Origin: Dehalococcoidia bacterium
GTDB lineage: Bacteria > Chloroflexota > Dehalococcoidia > SZUA-161 > SpSt-899
DNA: 64,000 nucleotides
Assembly: GCA_046498265.1 (NCBI GenBank)
Contig: JAWOBB010000054.1
Coordinates: 12,026-76,025, forward strand
Direction of reading: 5' to 3'
The notes below the pieces were generated by a model. The model made no database searches. It worked only from the letters and a program-made list of their open reading frames with translations, and was not told where the DNA came from. How positions within the stretch are numbered: position 1 is the first letter of the stretch; each line of letters opens with the position of its first letter. Made by a program: the position numbers and the translations under genes. This document shows, one piece after another, positions 26,938 to 36,202 of this stretch.

Positions 26938-28842
26938 ATGGCTAAGGTAATAGGAGTTGATCTGGGAACAACCAACAGTTGCGTGGCGGTAATAGAAGGC
27001 GGAGATGCGACGGTAATTGCCAATGCCGAAGGGACTCGTACCACGCCTTCGGTGGTGGCTGTCAACAAGAACGGGGAGCGTCTGGCCGGGCAGGTGGCCA
27101 AGCGCCAGGCCGTTACCAATCCGGAGAATACCATTTTCAGCATCAAGCGGCTCATGGGGCGCAAATTCAAGGAATCATCGGTTGATTACGATAAAAGCAT
27201 TTTGCCCTATCAGATAGTGGAACGGCCAAACGGGGATGCCGGGGTCAAAATGGGAGATAAGGAATACAGCGCACCGGAAGTTTCGGCCATGATCCTGCAG
27301 AAATTGAAGGCTGATGCCGAATCCTACCTGGGGGAAAAGGTGACCCAGGCTGTCATCACCGTGCCGGCCTATTTTAACGACAGCCAGCGGCAGGCTACCA
27401 AGGATGCCGGTACTATCGCGGGGCTTGAAGTGCTGCGCATTATCAACGAGCCTACTGCCGCGTCGATGGCCTATGGACTGGATAAGAAGAAGGATGAAAC
27501 CATCGCCGTTTACGACCTCGGCGGCGGCACCTTCGATATTTCCATACTGGAGCTTGGCGAAGGTACCTTCCAGGTTAAATCGACTAACGGGGATACCCAC
27601 CTTGGCGGTGATGATTTCGATCAGCGGGTTATGGAATGGCTGTGCGATGAATTCAAGAAGGACCAGGGAATCAATCTGAGGCAGGATAAGATGGCTTTGC
27701 AGCGACTCAAAGAGGCAGCCGAAAAGGCCAAGGCCGAGCTTTCCACCATGCCTCAGACGGAAGTTAACCTGCCCTTCATCACCGCCGACGCCTCCGGGCC
27801 CAAGCATCTGGCCATAAATATGACTCGGGCCAAGCTGGAACAGCTTGTCGGCGACCTGGTGGATAAAACTATCGAACCATGTCGACAGGCGCTTGGTGAT
27901 GCCGGTTTACAATCGGGCCAGGTAGATGAGGTCATCCTGGTGGGTGGACAGACCCGCATGCCCCTGGTGCAGCAGAAGGTTAAGGAATTTTTTGGACGGG
28001 AACCGCATAAGGGGGTCAATCCAGATGAGGTGGTGGCCGTTGGGGCAGCCATTCAGGCGGGAGTTCTGCAGGGTGACGTCAATGATGTTTTGCTGCTGGA
28101 TGTTACCCCGCTTACTCTGGGCATCGAGACCCTCGGCGGCGTTTCCACACCCCTGATCGAGCGCAATACCACCATCCCTACCAGTAAAAGCCAGATTTTC
28201 TCAACTGCCGCGGATAACCAGCCTAGCGTGGAAATCCATGTACTTCAGGGAGAGCGTCCCATGGCTGCCGATAATCGCACCCTGGGGCGGTTCATGCTTG
28301 ACGGCATCCTTCCGGCACCTCGCGGCGTTCCTCAAATCGAGGTGAGCTTCGATATAGATGCCAATGGTATCCTGAGCGTAAAAGCCCATGATAAGGGCAC
28401 TGGCAAGGAACAGAAAATTACCATCACGGCTTCGAGCGGACTCTCCAAGGAAGAGATCGACAAGATGCAGAAGGAGGCCGAGCAGCACGCTGCCGAGGAC
28501 CAGAAGCGCAAGGACGAGGTGGAAACCCGCAATATGGCCGACAACATGGCCTACCAGGCGGAGAAGATGCTTCGGGACAACGCCGACAAGGTAACTGACG
28601 ATCTTAAGGCCGAGATCGAGGGCAGGATATCCGAGGTCAGGAACGCCCTCAATGGTACCGATATAGAAGCAATCAAGAACGCCAATCAGCAACTGACCGA
28701 ATCGATGCAGAAGCTGGGAAGTGCCGTATACGAACAGGCAGGCGGACCGCCTCCGGGAGGTGAAGGGTTCGCCGGCGGAGAGGGTGGAGGCGAATCCGGG
28801 GGAGACGAAGGGACCGTCGAGGGCGAGTTCCGGGAAGTTTAA
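26938..28842 (+). CDS. dnaK: Molecular chaperone DnaK (Hsp70)
   Basis: [32 protein letters not shown] signatures. 634 aa. Confidence 0.95.
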   Translation: MAKVIGVDLGTTNSCVAVIEGGDATVIANAEGTRTTPSVVAVNKNGERLAGQVAKRQAVTNPENTIFSIKRLMGRKFKESSVDYDKSILPYQIVERPNGDAGVKMGDKEYSAPEVSAMILQKLKADAESYLGEKVTQAVITVPAYFNDSQRQATKDAGTIAGLEVLRIINEPTAASMAYGLDKKKDETIAVYDLGGGTFDISILELGEGTFQVKSTNGDTHLGGDDFDQRVMEWLCDEFKKDQGINLRQDKMALQRLKEAAEKAKAELSTMPQTEVNLPFITADASGPKHLAINMTRAKLEQLVGDLVDKTIEPCRQALGDAGLQSGQVDEVILVGGQTRMPLVQQKVKEFFGREPHKGVNPDEVVAVGAAIQAGVLQGDVNDVLLLDVTPLTLGIETLGGVSTPLIERNTTIPTSKSQIFSTAADNQPSVEIHVLQGERPMAADNRTLGRFMLDGILPAPRGVPQIEVSFDIDANGILSVKAHDKGTGKEQKITITASSGLSKEEIDKMQKEAEQHAAEDQKRKDEVETRNMADNMAYQAEKMLRDNADKVTDDLKAEIEGRISEVRNALNGTDIEAIKNANQQLTESMQKLGSAVYEQAGGPPPGGEGFAGGEGGGESGGDEGTVEGEFREV

Positions 28843-28869
28843 TTCTTCGGTTTTTACGGTATTTAGAAC

Positions 28870-28900
28870 GGGGCTGGCAACGCCAGCCCCGTTTTTATTT
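28870..28900 (+). terminator. Rho-independent terminator of the hrcA-grpE-dnaK operon
   Basis: Perfect 9 bp GC stem (GGGGCTGGC/GCCAGCCCC, 3 nt loop) followed by TTTTTATTT. Confidence 0.75.
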
Positions 28901-28943
28901 GACGGGATTGGCGGTAATGCGGTAGAGTTACTTTGTAAATCAG

Positions 28944-30623
28944 ATGAAATGGAAAGTCCTCCCCCCGGCCTCTAAGGAACATCTTTCAAAGTATCCCGAT
29001 GATGTTCCGCCATTGCTGGCTCAATTGCTTTACAACCGTGGCGTTACCAATCCTGCCGAAGCCGATAAATTCCTCGCCGCCGATGAGCGGTTAAGGCACG
29101 ATCCTGATCTCCTGCCGGATATAGATAAGGCGGTGGCCCGGATCATGCGGGCTGTCCGCAACGGCGAAACCATTGCTGTTTTTGGTGATTTCGATGCCGA
29201 CGGTGTTACAGCAGCAGCGGTTCTGGTCAAAGGACTGGAGCAAATCGGAGGGAAGGTCATTCCCTACATCCCTCACCGGGTGGAGGAAGGTCATGGGTTG
29301 AATATCCCGGCTGTGGATAAGCTCCATGCCCAGGGGATATCCCTGCTTATTACCGTCGATTGCGGGGTTACCAGTTATCCGGAAGCGGAACACGCTCGAC
29401 AACTGGGAATCGACCTTATCATAACCGACCACCACGAGGCCGTCGGTCCGATTCCCACGGTACTGGCAGTCATAGACCCCAAGCTGCCTGAGGCAAATTA
29501 TCCCTTCCGAGAACTGGCGGGGGTGGGAGTGGCTTACAAGCTGGTGGAAGCGCTGTTCAAGGAAACGGGAAGAGGGGGCCAGGCTGATGAGTTCCTCGAC
29601 CTGGTGGCCCTGGGGACAGTGGCAGACCTGGTGCCTTTGAAGAATGAAAACCGCTATCTGGTCAATCGCGGACTTGAGGTTTTGAACAGCACTGACCGTA
29701 TAGGCATAAAGGCCATGATATCGCAGGCCGGCCTGGAAATGGGAGGACTCGATTCCAGGGACATATCATATGCCCTGGCCCCCCGGCTCAACGCCGCCGG
29801 CAGGCTGGACCATGCCTCGGTAAGCTATGACATTCTGATCACCGAGTCTCCTGAGGAAGCCCGGCGGCTGGCCGACCTTCTGGATATGCGAAATGTGGAA
29901 CGGCAGAATTTAACCCGTGAGTACACATCTCTGGCGGAAAAAAAACTCGGGCCGATCGACTCCAGCGTTCCCATCCTTATCGTAGCGGACGAGGCATTCC
30001 ACGCCGGCGTAAACGGGGTGGTGGCAGGCAAGCTGACCGATAAGTACTACCGCCCGGCAATCATTATTGAGATTGGCGAGGAGGAAAGCAATGGCAGTGC
30101 CCGCAGCATTCCGGAGTTTAATATGATTTCCGCACTGCAGGAATGTTCCGACCTGTTTCCCCGATACGGCGGGCATGAGCAGGCGGCAGGGTTCGGAATT
30201 CCCAACCACAACTTGGGTGACTTAAAGAAAAAAATGTTGAAAATAGCAGCTGACAGGCTTGATGGAATCGATCTTCAGCCGACTGTTAACATCGATACCG
30301 AAATCCAGCTTACCTCCATGCGCCAGGGGGCCCTGAATCTGGTCAAGAGGCTTGAACCCTGCGGAAAGAACAATGATGCTCCCGTTTTCCTCAGTCGAGG
30401 GGTAAGGGTTATGGAGTCCCGCCCGGTGGGCAGTGATGGCGATCATATCAAGCTCAAACTGGGGGAGCGGGGGATGGTCTGGGATGCTATCGGATTCGGA
30501 CTTAACCATTTGAATGCGGATAATCCCCCTCTTATCGATATCGTTTATAACCTGAAATTGAACAGATGGCGCGGCAAGGAATCGCTCCAGCTCGAAATCA
30601 TCGATTTTGCTCCCAGTATGTGA
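28944..30623 (+). CDS. recJ: Single-stranded-DNA-specific exonuclease RecJ
   Basis: DHH motifs (VFGDFDADGVT, ITDHHE) and a DHHA1 region (GGHEQAAGFG). Confidence 0.9.
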   Translation: MKWKVLPPASKEHLSKYPDDVPPLLAQLLYNRGVTNPAEADKFLAADERLRHDPDLLPDIDKAVARIMRAVRNGETIAVFGDFDADGVTAAAVLVKGLEQIGGKVIPYIPHRVEEGHGLNIPAVDKLHAQGISLLITVDCGVTSYPEAEHARQLGIDLIITDHHEAVGPIPTVLAVIDPKLPEANYPFRELAGVGVAYKLVEALFKETGRGGQADEFLDLVALGTVADLVPLKNENRYLVNRGLEVLNSTDRIGIKAMISQAGLEMGGLDSRDISYALAPRLNAAGRLDHASVSYDILITESPEEARRLADLLDMRNVERQNLTREYTSLAEKKLGPIDSSVPILIVADEAFHAGVNGVVAGKLTDKYYRPAIIIEIGEEESNGSARSIPEFNMISALQECSDLFPRYGGHEQAAGFGIPNHNLGDLKKKMLKIAADRLDGIDLQPTVNIDTEIQLTSMRQGALNLVKRLEPCGKNNDAPVFLSRGVRVMESRPVGSDGDHIKLKLGERGMVWDAIGFGLNHLNADNPPLIDIVYNLKLNRWRGKESLQLEIIDFAPSM

Positions 30624-30634
30624 GGAGAAGACAG

Positions 30635-31513
30635 TTGCAAAGAAAATATCCCTTTACTCCTATCCTGGGCTGGTCGGTCAGCCGGTACGATAAATTCGAG
30701 ATGTGCAAGCGTCAGTACTGGTACGATTACTACGCCAAAAAATTCGATAAAGAAATCTCACCTCAAAAACTCGAATCCCTGAAATCGCTTACCAGCACTC
30801 CCCTGGAAATCGGCAATCTGGTGCACGATACCATCGCCACCCAGTTGCACCGCCTGCGCAAGCAGACGCCTCAGGATGTGAACGATGTCCTTAATTATGC
30901 CTCCTATCAGGTGGACCGGGCAATCGATAACAAGACCTTCCTCGAGGTTTATTACGGCCAGCAGGAGAAAATCGATTCCGACGATCTCAAGGATCGAGTG
31001 AGAACCTGCCTGGCCAATTTCTTCGCCAGCCGATGGTACCGGTGGCTTACCGAAGACGGGATTCATCGGCGTAACGAGTGGGTTATCGAGCCGAACGACT
31101 TCGGTGAAGTCCGGATTGGCGGATTGAAAGCCTACTGCAAAGTCGATTTCCTTTTCCCGGCACCCGAAGGGGATTTGTATGTTCTTGACTGGAAAACCGG
31201 CAAGGTCGATCGGGAAAAGCACCGCCGGCAGATGACCGGATATGTGGTTTATGCCCGGGATATCTTCAAAGCCCCGGCCGATAAGATCAAGCCGGTGGTA
31301 GTGTACCTGGGTGAGGCCTATGAAGAAATGGAGGATGGTTTTACCCGGAGCGAGCTGGACGAATTTGCCCGGGACATTGAGGCACAAACCAGGGAAATGT
31401 ATCAGTACTGCGAGAACGTAGAAGAGAATATCCCCAGGCCGAAAGAAGCTTTCCCCATGAATCAACGCAAGCTCTGTGCCTATTGCAACTACCAGGAACT
31501 CTGCGAGGTGTAA
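30635..31513 (+). CDS. Cas4-like PD-(D/E)XK nuclease with Fe-S cluster cysteines (PDDEXK_1 / DUF83-like)
   Basis: One N-terminal Cys, a D...LDWKTGK (D/ExK) motif, QMTGYVVY (QxxxY), and a C-terminal CAYCNYQELC (C-x2-C-x5-C). Probable TTG start at 30635 after a GAGGAGAAG RBS. Confidence 0.7.
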   Translation: MQRKYPFTPILGWSVSRYDKFEMCKRQYWYDYYAKKFDKEISPQKLESLKSLTSTPLEIGNLVHDTIATQLHRLRKQTPQDVNDVLNYASYQVDRAIDNKTFLEVYYGQQEKIDSDDLKDRVRTCLANFFASRWYRWLTEDGIHRRNEWVIEPNDFGEVRIGGLKAYCKVDFLFPAPEGDLYVLDWKTGKVDREKHRRQMTGYVVYARDIFKAPADKIKPVVVYLGEAYEEMEDGFTRSELDEFARDIEAQTREMYQYCENVEENIPRPKEAFPMNQRKLCAYCNYQELCEV

Positions 31514-31542
31514 ATTACCCTGTTACAAGTGGACGACCATTA

Positions 31543-31621
31543 TGTCATTCTGAGAGAGGCGAAGTCGAGCACAGATTCTCACCTGGATATGAGGAGATTC
31601 TTCACTTCGTTCAGAATGACA
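31543..31621. repeat. 79 bp palindromic intergenic element, copy 1 (TGTCATTCTGA ... GAGATTCTTC ... TCAGAATGACA)
   Basis: 11 bp perfect terminal inverted repeats. It has the same length, termini and GAGATTCTTC core as the element at 60049..60127 and lies between convergent genes. Confidence 0.55.
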
Positions 31622-31635
31622 ATTCTGCCGTTATC

Positions 31636-32943
31636 CTATTCCGGAACCTGATGCACCCGCCCATCCGGCTCAACCCAGTACAAATACCTGGTCCATTCTA
31701 CGTCCAGATATTCCGTCAGCGGAAGAACATCGCTTTCTTCTGCGACCGTAATCAGCCCCCCGTTGGCCATGTCGGCGGTAGCTTCGGATTCCGTACCGGC
31801 AAAATCGAGAATCCGCTCATCGGTCTCGAGGTTGCGAACAGGCATGTCCGGGTCGGCCATAAGAGATGCCACAGCAAGCTCTACATTATGCAGTTCGGTC
31901 ATTCCACCGTTTTCCTCCTCACTAGCTCCCACCAGACCGAATCCGTCGAAGCCTTCCTGGAAACTCTCTGCCATGTCCTCGATCATTTCGGAAGTGATCT
32001 CCAGGCCTATCTCAACGCAGGAACCATCGAGCCCAACTTCCATGCCCTCGAGCAGCCCCATCACCGCCCCCCCCTCTTCCGGCACCTCCATTTCATCGAA
32101 ATCCATCATTCCCATAACGAAGGCCAGCATCCCCTTCATGTTCTCCGCCTCTTCCTCAGCGGTAAAGCAGATTCGGGCATCTATAGGAACGGAATCGCCC
32201 TCCTTATCGACCATCAGGCCGATGCTTTCCATACCTTCGAAGAAAGCAACCGGGTTTATCCCCATTTCGTTGTCTTGGTTCATCTCCTCTGTCATTTTTC
32301 CCATCAGTTCCTTGGGTATTACTATGGCGACTTTGAAAAGTCCCGATCCCAGCTCGTTATAAGACTGCAGAATATCACCCTTTACTCCCGATTGGTTACC
32401 TTCCCTGACGTCGATGATGTCCCTGATCGGTTCCTTCGTACTCATCACCATGGTGTTTTCGCCCGGGAAAGAGATGTGCATATCCTGAGAGTCATCGCTG
32501 TAAATGGTGTAGCCCTTGTAGTCAGTGGTGGTTATCCCAGCTTCGCTTTTTGATTCGATGGTATCGATGAGCTGCTCTTCGTTAAAGATGCCCGTCACAA
32601 TAAAACCGATATAACCGGAGCTGTCGCCCATGAGATTGGCCGCTTCGGTAAAAGATGAGATGTCACCAAAGAGGATCGCTTCGTCGAGTTCCTCGATTCC
32701 CAGCATATCGAGCGCCTTTTCAAATGTAGCGGGGGCATCCGGCTCTTTAGGAATCCTCTCGTAGAACCCGGCCACATCAACCTCGTCGAGTATCCGGGAC
32801 AGGTCCACATAAGCCAGCATATTGGACTGTTGGGGCACAAGCTCAATGGGGGTAAATGAACCATCCTCTCCATCTTCATCACCACATCCAAACGTGAGCG
32901 CGGCGATAAGGACCACCAGAATCAGGGGAATCAGTTTTTTCAT
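31636..32943 (-). CDS. Acidic, Met-rich putative lipoprotein
   Basis: MKKLIPLILVVLIAALTFGCG signal peptide with lipobox. The body is extremely rich in D/E/M (MGMMDFDEMEV, MxxM-like motifs). AAAGGAG RBS. Confidence 0.6.
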   Translation of the reverse strand: MKKLIPLILVVLIAALTFGCGDEDGEDGSFTPIELVPQQSNMLAYVDLSRILDEVDVAGFYERIPKEPDAPATFEKALDMLGIEELDEAILFGDISSFTEAANLMGDSSGYIGFIVTGIFNEEQLIDTIESKSEAGITTTDYKGYTIYSDDSQDMHISFPGENTMVMSTKEPIRDIIDVREGNQSGVKGDILQSYNELGSGLFKVAIVIPKELMGKMTEEMNQDNEMGINPVAFFEGMESIGLMVDKEGDSVPIDARICFTAEEEAENMKGMLAFVMGMMDFDEMEVPEEGGAVMGLLEGMEVGLDGSCVEIGLEITSEMIEDMAESFQEGFDGFGLVGASEEENGGMTELHNVELAVASLMADPDMPVRNLETDERILDFAGTESEATADMANGGLITVAEESDVLPLTEYLDVEWTRYLYWVEPDGRVHQVPE

Positions 32944-33116
32944 GATTAAACTCCTTTTGTTACCGGCATGCCACAAATTTAGCAGGCTTCCGGTTATGCT
33001 GTCAAGGAAAAGCCGTCTTTTGCTGACGTAACCGGGAATTGATAACATGCGGGATAGTGGCTGGCCAGCGGGTTACCTCCGCCGAACTTGAATGAGTCCC
33101 CGGTTGCGGTCGATTA

Positions 33117-33145
33117 TTGAACCTCTCTGGAGTGGGTGCTATACT
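33117..33145 (+). promoter_or_regulatory. Putative lysC promoter (TTGAAC-17-TGcTATACT, extended -10)
   Basis: Hexamers with correct spacing about 30 nt upstream of the ATG at 33176. Confidence 0.4.
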
Positions 33146-33175
33146 TTGCTGGTAGACCTGTATTCGGGGACGAAA

Positions 33176-34393
33176 ATGGCGATAGTGGTTCAGAAATATG
33201 GCGGCAGTTCGGTGGCCGATGCCGAGAAAATCCGCAATGTCGCCTGCCGGATTATCCGGGCCAGGGAGGCCGGCAATCAGGTGGTAACGGTGGTTTCGGC
33301 GATGGGCAAGACCACTGATCAGCTCATCGCCCTGGCCCGGGAGGTGTCCGATAACCCGCACAAGCGCGAGCTCGATTCGCTCCTCTCGACCGGCGAAATC
33401 GTAACTTCTACCCTGATGACGATGGCCCTGCGGACCATGGGGCATCGGGCCATCAGCCTTACCGGGGCCCAGGCCGGGATTCGCACCGATTCCACCTTCA
33501 CCAGGGCCAGAATCACCGACATCTCGCCGAAGCGCATCCAGAAGGAACTGGAAAAGGACAGGATCGTCATAGTGGCGGGCTTTCAGGGACTTACCCCCGA
33601 TATGGATGTAACCACCCTCGGGCGCGGCGGCTCCGATACCACGGCGGTCGCCCTGGCGGTGGCCCTTGGCGCCGAGCGGTGCGAAATTTATACGGATGTC
33701 GAAGGGGTTTACACCGCCGACCCGCGAATAATGCCCGAAGCGCGCAAGCTGGACGAGATCGGCTACGAGGACATGCTGGAAATGGCGTCGGTGGGTGCAA
33801 AGGTGATGCATTCCCGGGCTGTGGAGCTGGGCTGGATTTATGACATGCCCATCCTGGTAGCTTCGTCGATCAATGACAGCCCCGGTACCCTGATTCACGG
33901 AGGTGCTTCTATGGAGATCAAAAACAAAGTAAGCGGTATCGCCCATGATGCTGACATAGCTAAAATCACCGTGATCGGCGTGCCCGATAAGCCGGGGATT
34001 GCCAGCAGTGTTTTCGAGCCGCTGGCCAGCGCCGGCATCAGCGTTGACAGCATCGTGCAGAATGCCAGCGTCAAGAGGATTACCGATCTCACCTTCACCG
34101 TGGCCGGCAGCGACGAAAAAGCCACCATGGAATTGATCAAGCCGATAGCTGCATCCATCGGGGCCAAAAAGTGTGTCAGCGACGCTACCCTGGGGAAAGT
34201 GAGCGTCATTGGTGCCGGGATGCAGAGCGGGCCGGGATACGCCTCCAGAATGTTCAAGGCCCTGTCCGATGAGAATATCAATGTGGAACTGATCTCAACC
34301 TCGGAGATCAGGATTACCTGTATTATCGATAAAGAGAAGGTCCCCCAGGCAGTGCAGGCCCTTCACAGGGCTTTCGAGCTGGAAGGTGATTAA
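33176..34393 (+). CDS. lysC: Aspartate kinase with C-terminal ACT domains
   Basis: [16 protein letters not shown]-terminus, an amino-acid kinase fold, and two C-terminal ACT-like repeats. Confidence 0.9.
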   Translation: MAIVVQKYGGSSVADAEKIRNVACRIIRAREAGNQVVTVVSAMGKTTDQLIALAREVSDNPHKRELDSLLSTGEIVTSTLMTMALRTMGHRAISLTGAQAGIRTDSTFTRARITDISPKRIQKELEKDRIVIVAGFQGLTPDMDVTTLGRGGSDTTAVALAVALGAERCEIYTDVEGVYTADPRIMPEARKLDEIGYEDMLEMASVGAKVMHSRAVELGWIYDMPILVASSINDSPGTLIHGGASMEIKNKVSGIAHDADIAKITVIGVPDKPGIASSVFEPLASAGISVDSIVQNASVKRITDLTFTVAGSDEKATMELIKPIAASIGAKKCVSDATLGKVSVIGAGMQSGPGYASRMFKALSDENINVELISTSEIRITCIIDKEKVPQAVQALHRAFELEGD

Positions 34394-34400
34394 GCAGGAA

Positions 34401-34440
34401 GGGGGGCAGGTTTCAAACCTGCCCCCTGTTTTCCTATTTT
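34401..34440 (+). terminator. Rho-independent terminator after lysC (GGGGGCAGG-TTTCAAA-CCTGCCCCC plus T-rich tail), possibly bidirectional
   Basis: 9 bp GC stem followed by TGTTTTCCTATTTTATTTT. The same hairpin core recurs at 47850..47870. Confidence 0.7.
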
Positions 34441-35257
34441 ATTTTGATATGACCATCTCTTCAAAAGTCAGGGGGAAATAGGTCCCGTCATAGACCGATC
34501 TGACCCCGTCGGCAAGCTGGGTACTGGCGGCTTTCTTGGGAATAAAGCCCAGGGCCCCGGCCTCGGCGCAAACCTTCATGTTCTCCTCTTCGTCGTACTG
34601 GGTGAGGATCAGGACCCGGGTCTGGGGATACTCTTTGACGATTTCCCTGGTGGCCTGCACCCCGCTCATCACCGGCATCATGATATCGAGCAGGGCCACA
34701 TCGGGCATCAGTCGAGGCAGCTTATCCAGCGCTTCCTTGCCGTCGCCGGCTTCACCGACTACCGACATATCGTTCTGAAGTGCCAGCACGGCGCATATGC
34801 CGTCGCGCACCATGGTATGGTCGTCGGCCACCAGCACCTTGATGATTTTCTCGATCTGTTCCAGCAGGTTCTGGATGCGCGGCACCAGCAGTGAGGGCTC
34901 AACAGGCTTGGTGATGAAATCGTCCGCCACCAGCTGCATTCCCTCGAATTTCCGCCATCCCTTTTCGTCGCGGTCCTCGTACTTGGCATCCAGCACCAGC
35001 AGGGGAATATCTTTATATTTAGGATGCTCCTTGAGCCACTTGTGGAGAGAGAAGGCTTCCCCTGCCGGGCCGATGGTCCCCACCACCACGACGTCCGGCT
35101 TCTCGCTCATCTTCTCCTGAGCCTCCGCCCGGCTGGAGGTGGATATAACCTCATTGGAGTGGGCCTTCATGGTCATCCGGAACGCATCGACGAAATCGGA
35201 TTCATCGTCCACAATCAGTATCTTCTTGTTTTCCGTTTTCCTGGCTTTCTTACCCAT
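34439..35257 (-). CDS. Response regulator with two receiver domains (degenerate N-terminal REC plus canonical REC), no output domain
   Basis: The second domain has DD...D...MP...T...K receiver residues. The first lacks the canonical phospho-acceptor context. Confidence 0.75.
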   Translation of the reverse strand: MGKKARKTENKKILIVDDESDFVDAFRMTMKAHSNEVISTSSRAEAQEKMSEKPDVVVVGTIGPAGEAFSLHKWLKEHPKYKDIPLLVLDAKYEDRDEKGWRKFEGMQLVADDFITKPVEPSLLVPRIQNLLEQIEKIIKVLVADDHTMVRDGICAVLALQNDMSVVGEAGDGKEALDKLPRLMPDVALLDIMMPVMSGVQATREIVKEYPQTRVLILTQYDEEENMKVCAEAGALGFIPKKAASTQLADGVRSVYDGTYFPLTFEEMVISK

Positions 35258-35299
35258 TTTATTTTCCTCCTTTCCTTGAATGATTTTGCCTCCTTGAAT

Positions 35300-36202
35300 C
35301 TATGTCTCGACCTTGTCCATCAGCGCTGCCTCGATAATCCGGGGCACGATGCCCTCGTTGCCCACTGCCATGATATGAATACCACCGCACAGGTTTTCTT
35401 CCTTGATTTCCCTTATCATCCTCACCGCGATCTCGATCCCCTTTTGAAGCCCTTTCCCTTTTTCAGCGGTGGCCAGCTCGTCGATGACCTCCTGGGGAAT
35501 GATGATGCCGGGAACGCTCCTGTTCATGTACCGGGCCATCCCTGCCGACGACATGACGATGATGCCCGCCAGAATTCTCACATCGTACTGGGAAGCGTAC
35601 TGCATGAACCGGCGGAAGCTGGCCATCTCGAATATCCCCTGCGTCTGGAAAAACCGGGCCCCGGCGGCGACTTTCTTATCGAACTTGATCAGCTGCGGCT
35701 CGATGAAGTCCGCCGAAGGATGAACCGACGCCCCGGCACAGAATTCGGGAGCACCTTTCAGCTCGTTCCCGGCCACATCCTTGCCTGATTCCAGGGTCCG
35801 AATCATGGTCAACAGCTGGGCCGATTCCATATCGAAGACGGGTTTGACTTCCGGGTGATCACCCACATCCACCGAATCGCCGGTAAGGGCCAGCACGTTG
35901 TTGATGCCCCGGGAGTGGGCGAACAGCAGGTCCGCCTGGAGCGCCATGCGATTGCGGTCGCGGCAGGTCATCTGCAAAATGGGTTCCCCGCCGTGCTCCT
36001 TCACCAGCAGGCACCCGCCGAGTGACGGATAGCGCATAATCGAGCTCTGGTGGTCGGTAACGTTGATGGCATCGACCTTATCTTTAAGCAGGTCGATATG
36101 GTGCTCCAGCTCCGCCAGATCGACCCCCTTGGGCGGGCCCACCTCCGTCGTTATGAGAAACTTGCCGGAGTTGAGTTTTTCTTCAAATTTCGATTTAGCC
36201 AT
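35300..36202 (-). CDS. metF: 5,10-methylenetetrahydrofolate reductase MetF
   Basis: TTEVGPPKG...TCRDRNRMALQADLL...LALTGD motifs of the MTHFR family. Confidence 0.85.
   Translation of the reverse strand: MAKSKFEEKLNSGKFLITTEVGPPKGVDLAELEHHIDLLKDKVDAINVTDHQSSIMRYPSLGGCLLVKEHGGEPILQMTCRDRNRMALQADLLFAHSRGINNVLALTGDSVDVGDHPEVKPVFDMESAQLLTMIRTLESGKDVAGNELKGAPEFCAGASVHPSADFIEPQLIKFDKKVAAGARFFQTQGIFEMASFRRFMQYASQYDVRILAGIIVMSSAGMARYMNRSVPGIIIPQEVIDELATAEKGKGLQKGIEIAVRMIREIKEENLCGGIHIMAVGNEGIVPRIIEAALMDKVET

Noticed and set aside
31483-32553. 356 aa ORF on the + strand
   Set aside because: It lies entirely antisense to the well-supported Met-rich lipoprotein gene. Its composition (His/Pro/Arg-rich, no motifs) is typical of spurious antisense ORFs in GC-rich DNA.
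32944-33175. Lysine riboswitch (L-box) before lysC
   Set aside because: The spacer is consumed by divergent promoters (extended -10 TGcTATACT only about 30 nt from the lysC ATG). No L-box conserved helices are recognisable.
33002-33946. 314 aa ORF on the - strand
   Set aside because: It is antisense to lysC (aspartate kinase, strongly supported), and its Arg/Gly/Pro-rich translation has no motifs.
35024-35788. 254 aa ORF on the + strand
   Set aside because: It overlaps the response regulator and metF on the opposite strand, and its His/Leu/Pro-rich composition makes it non-genic.
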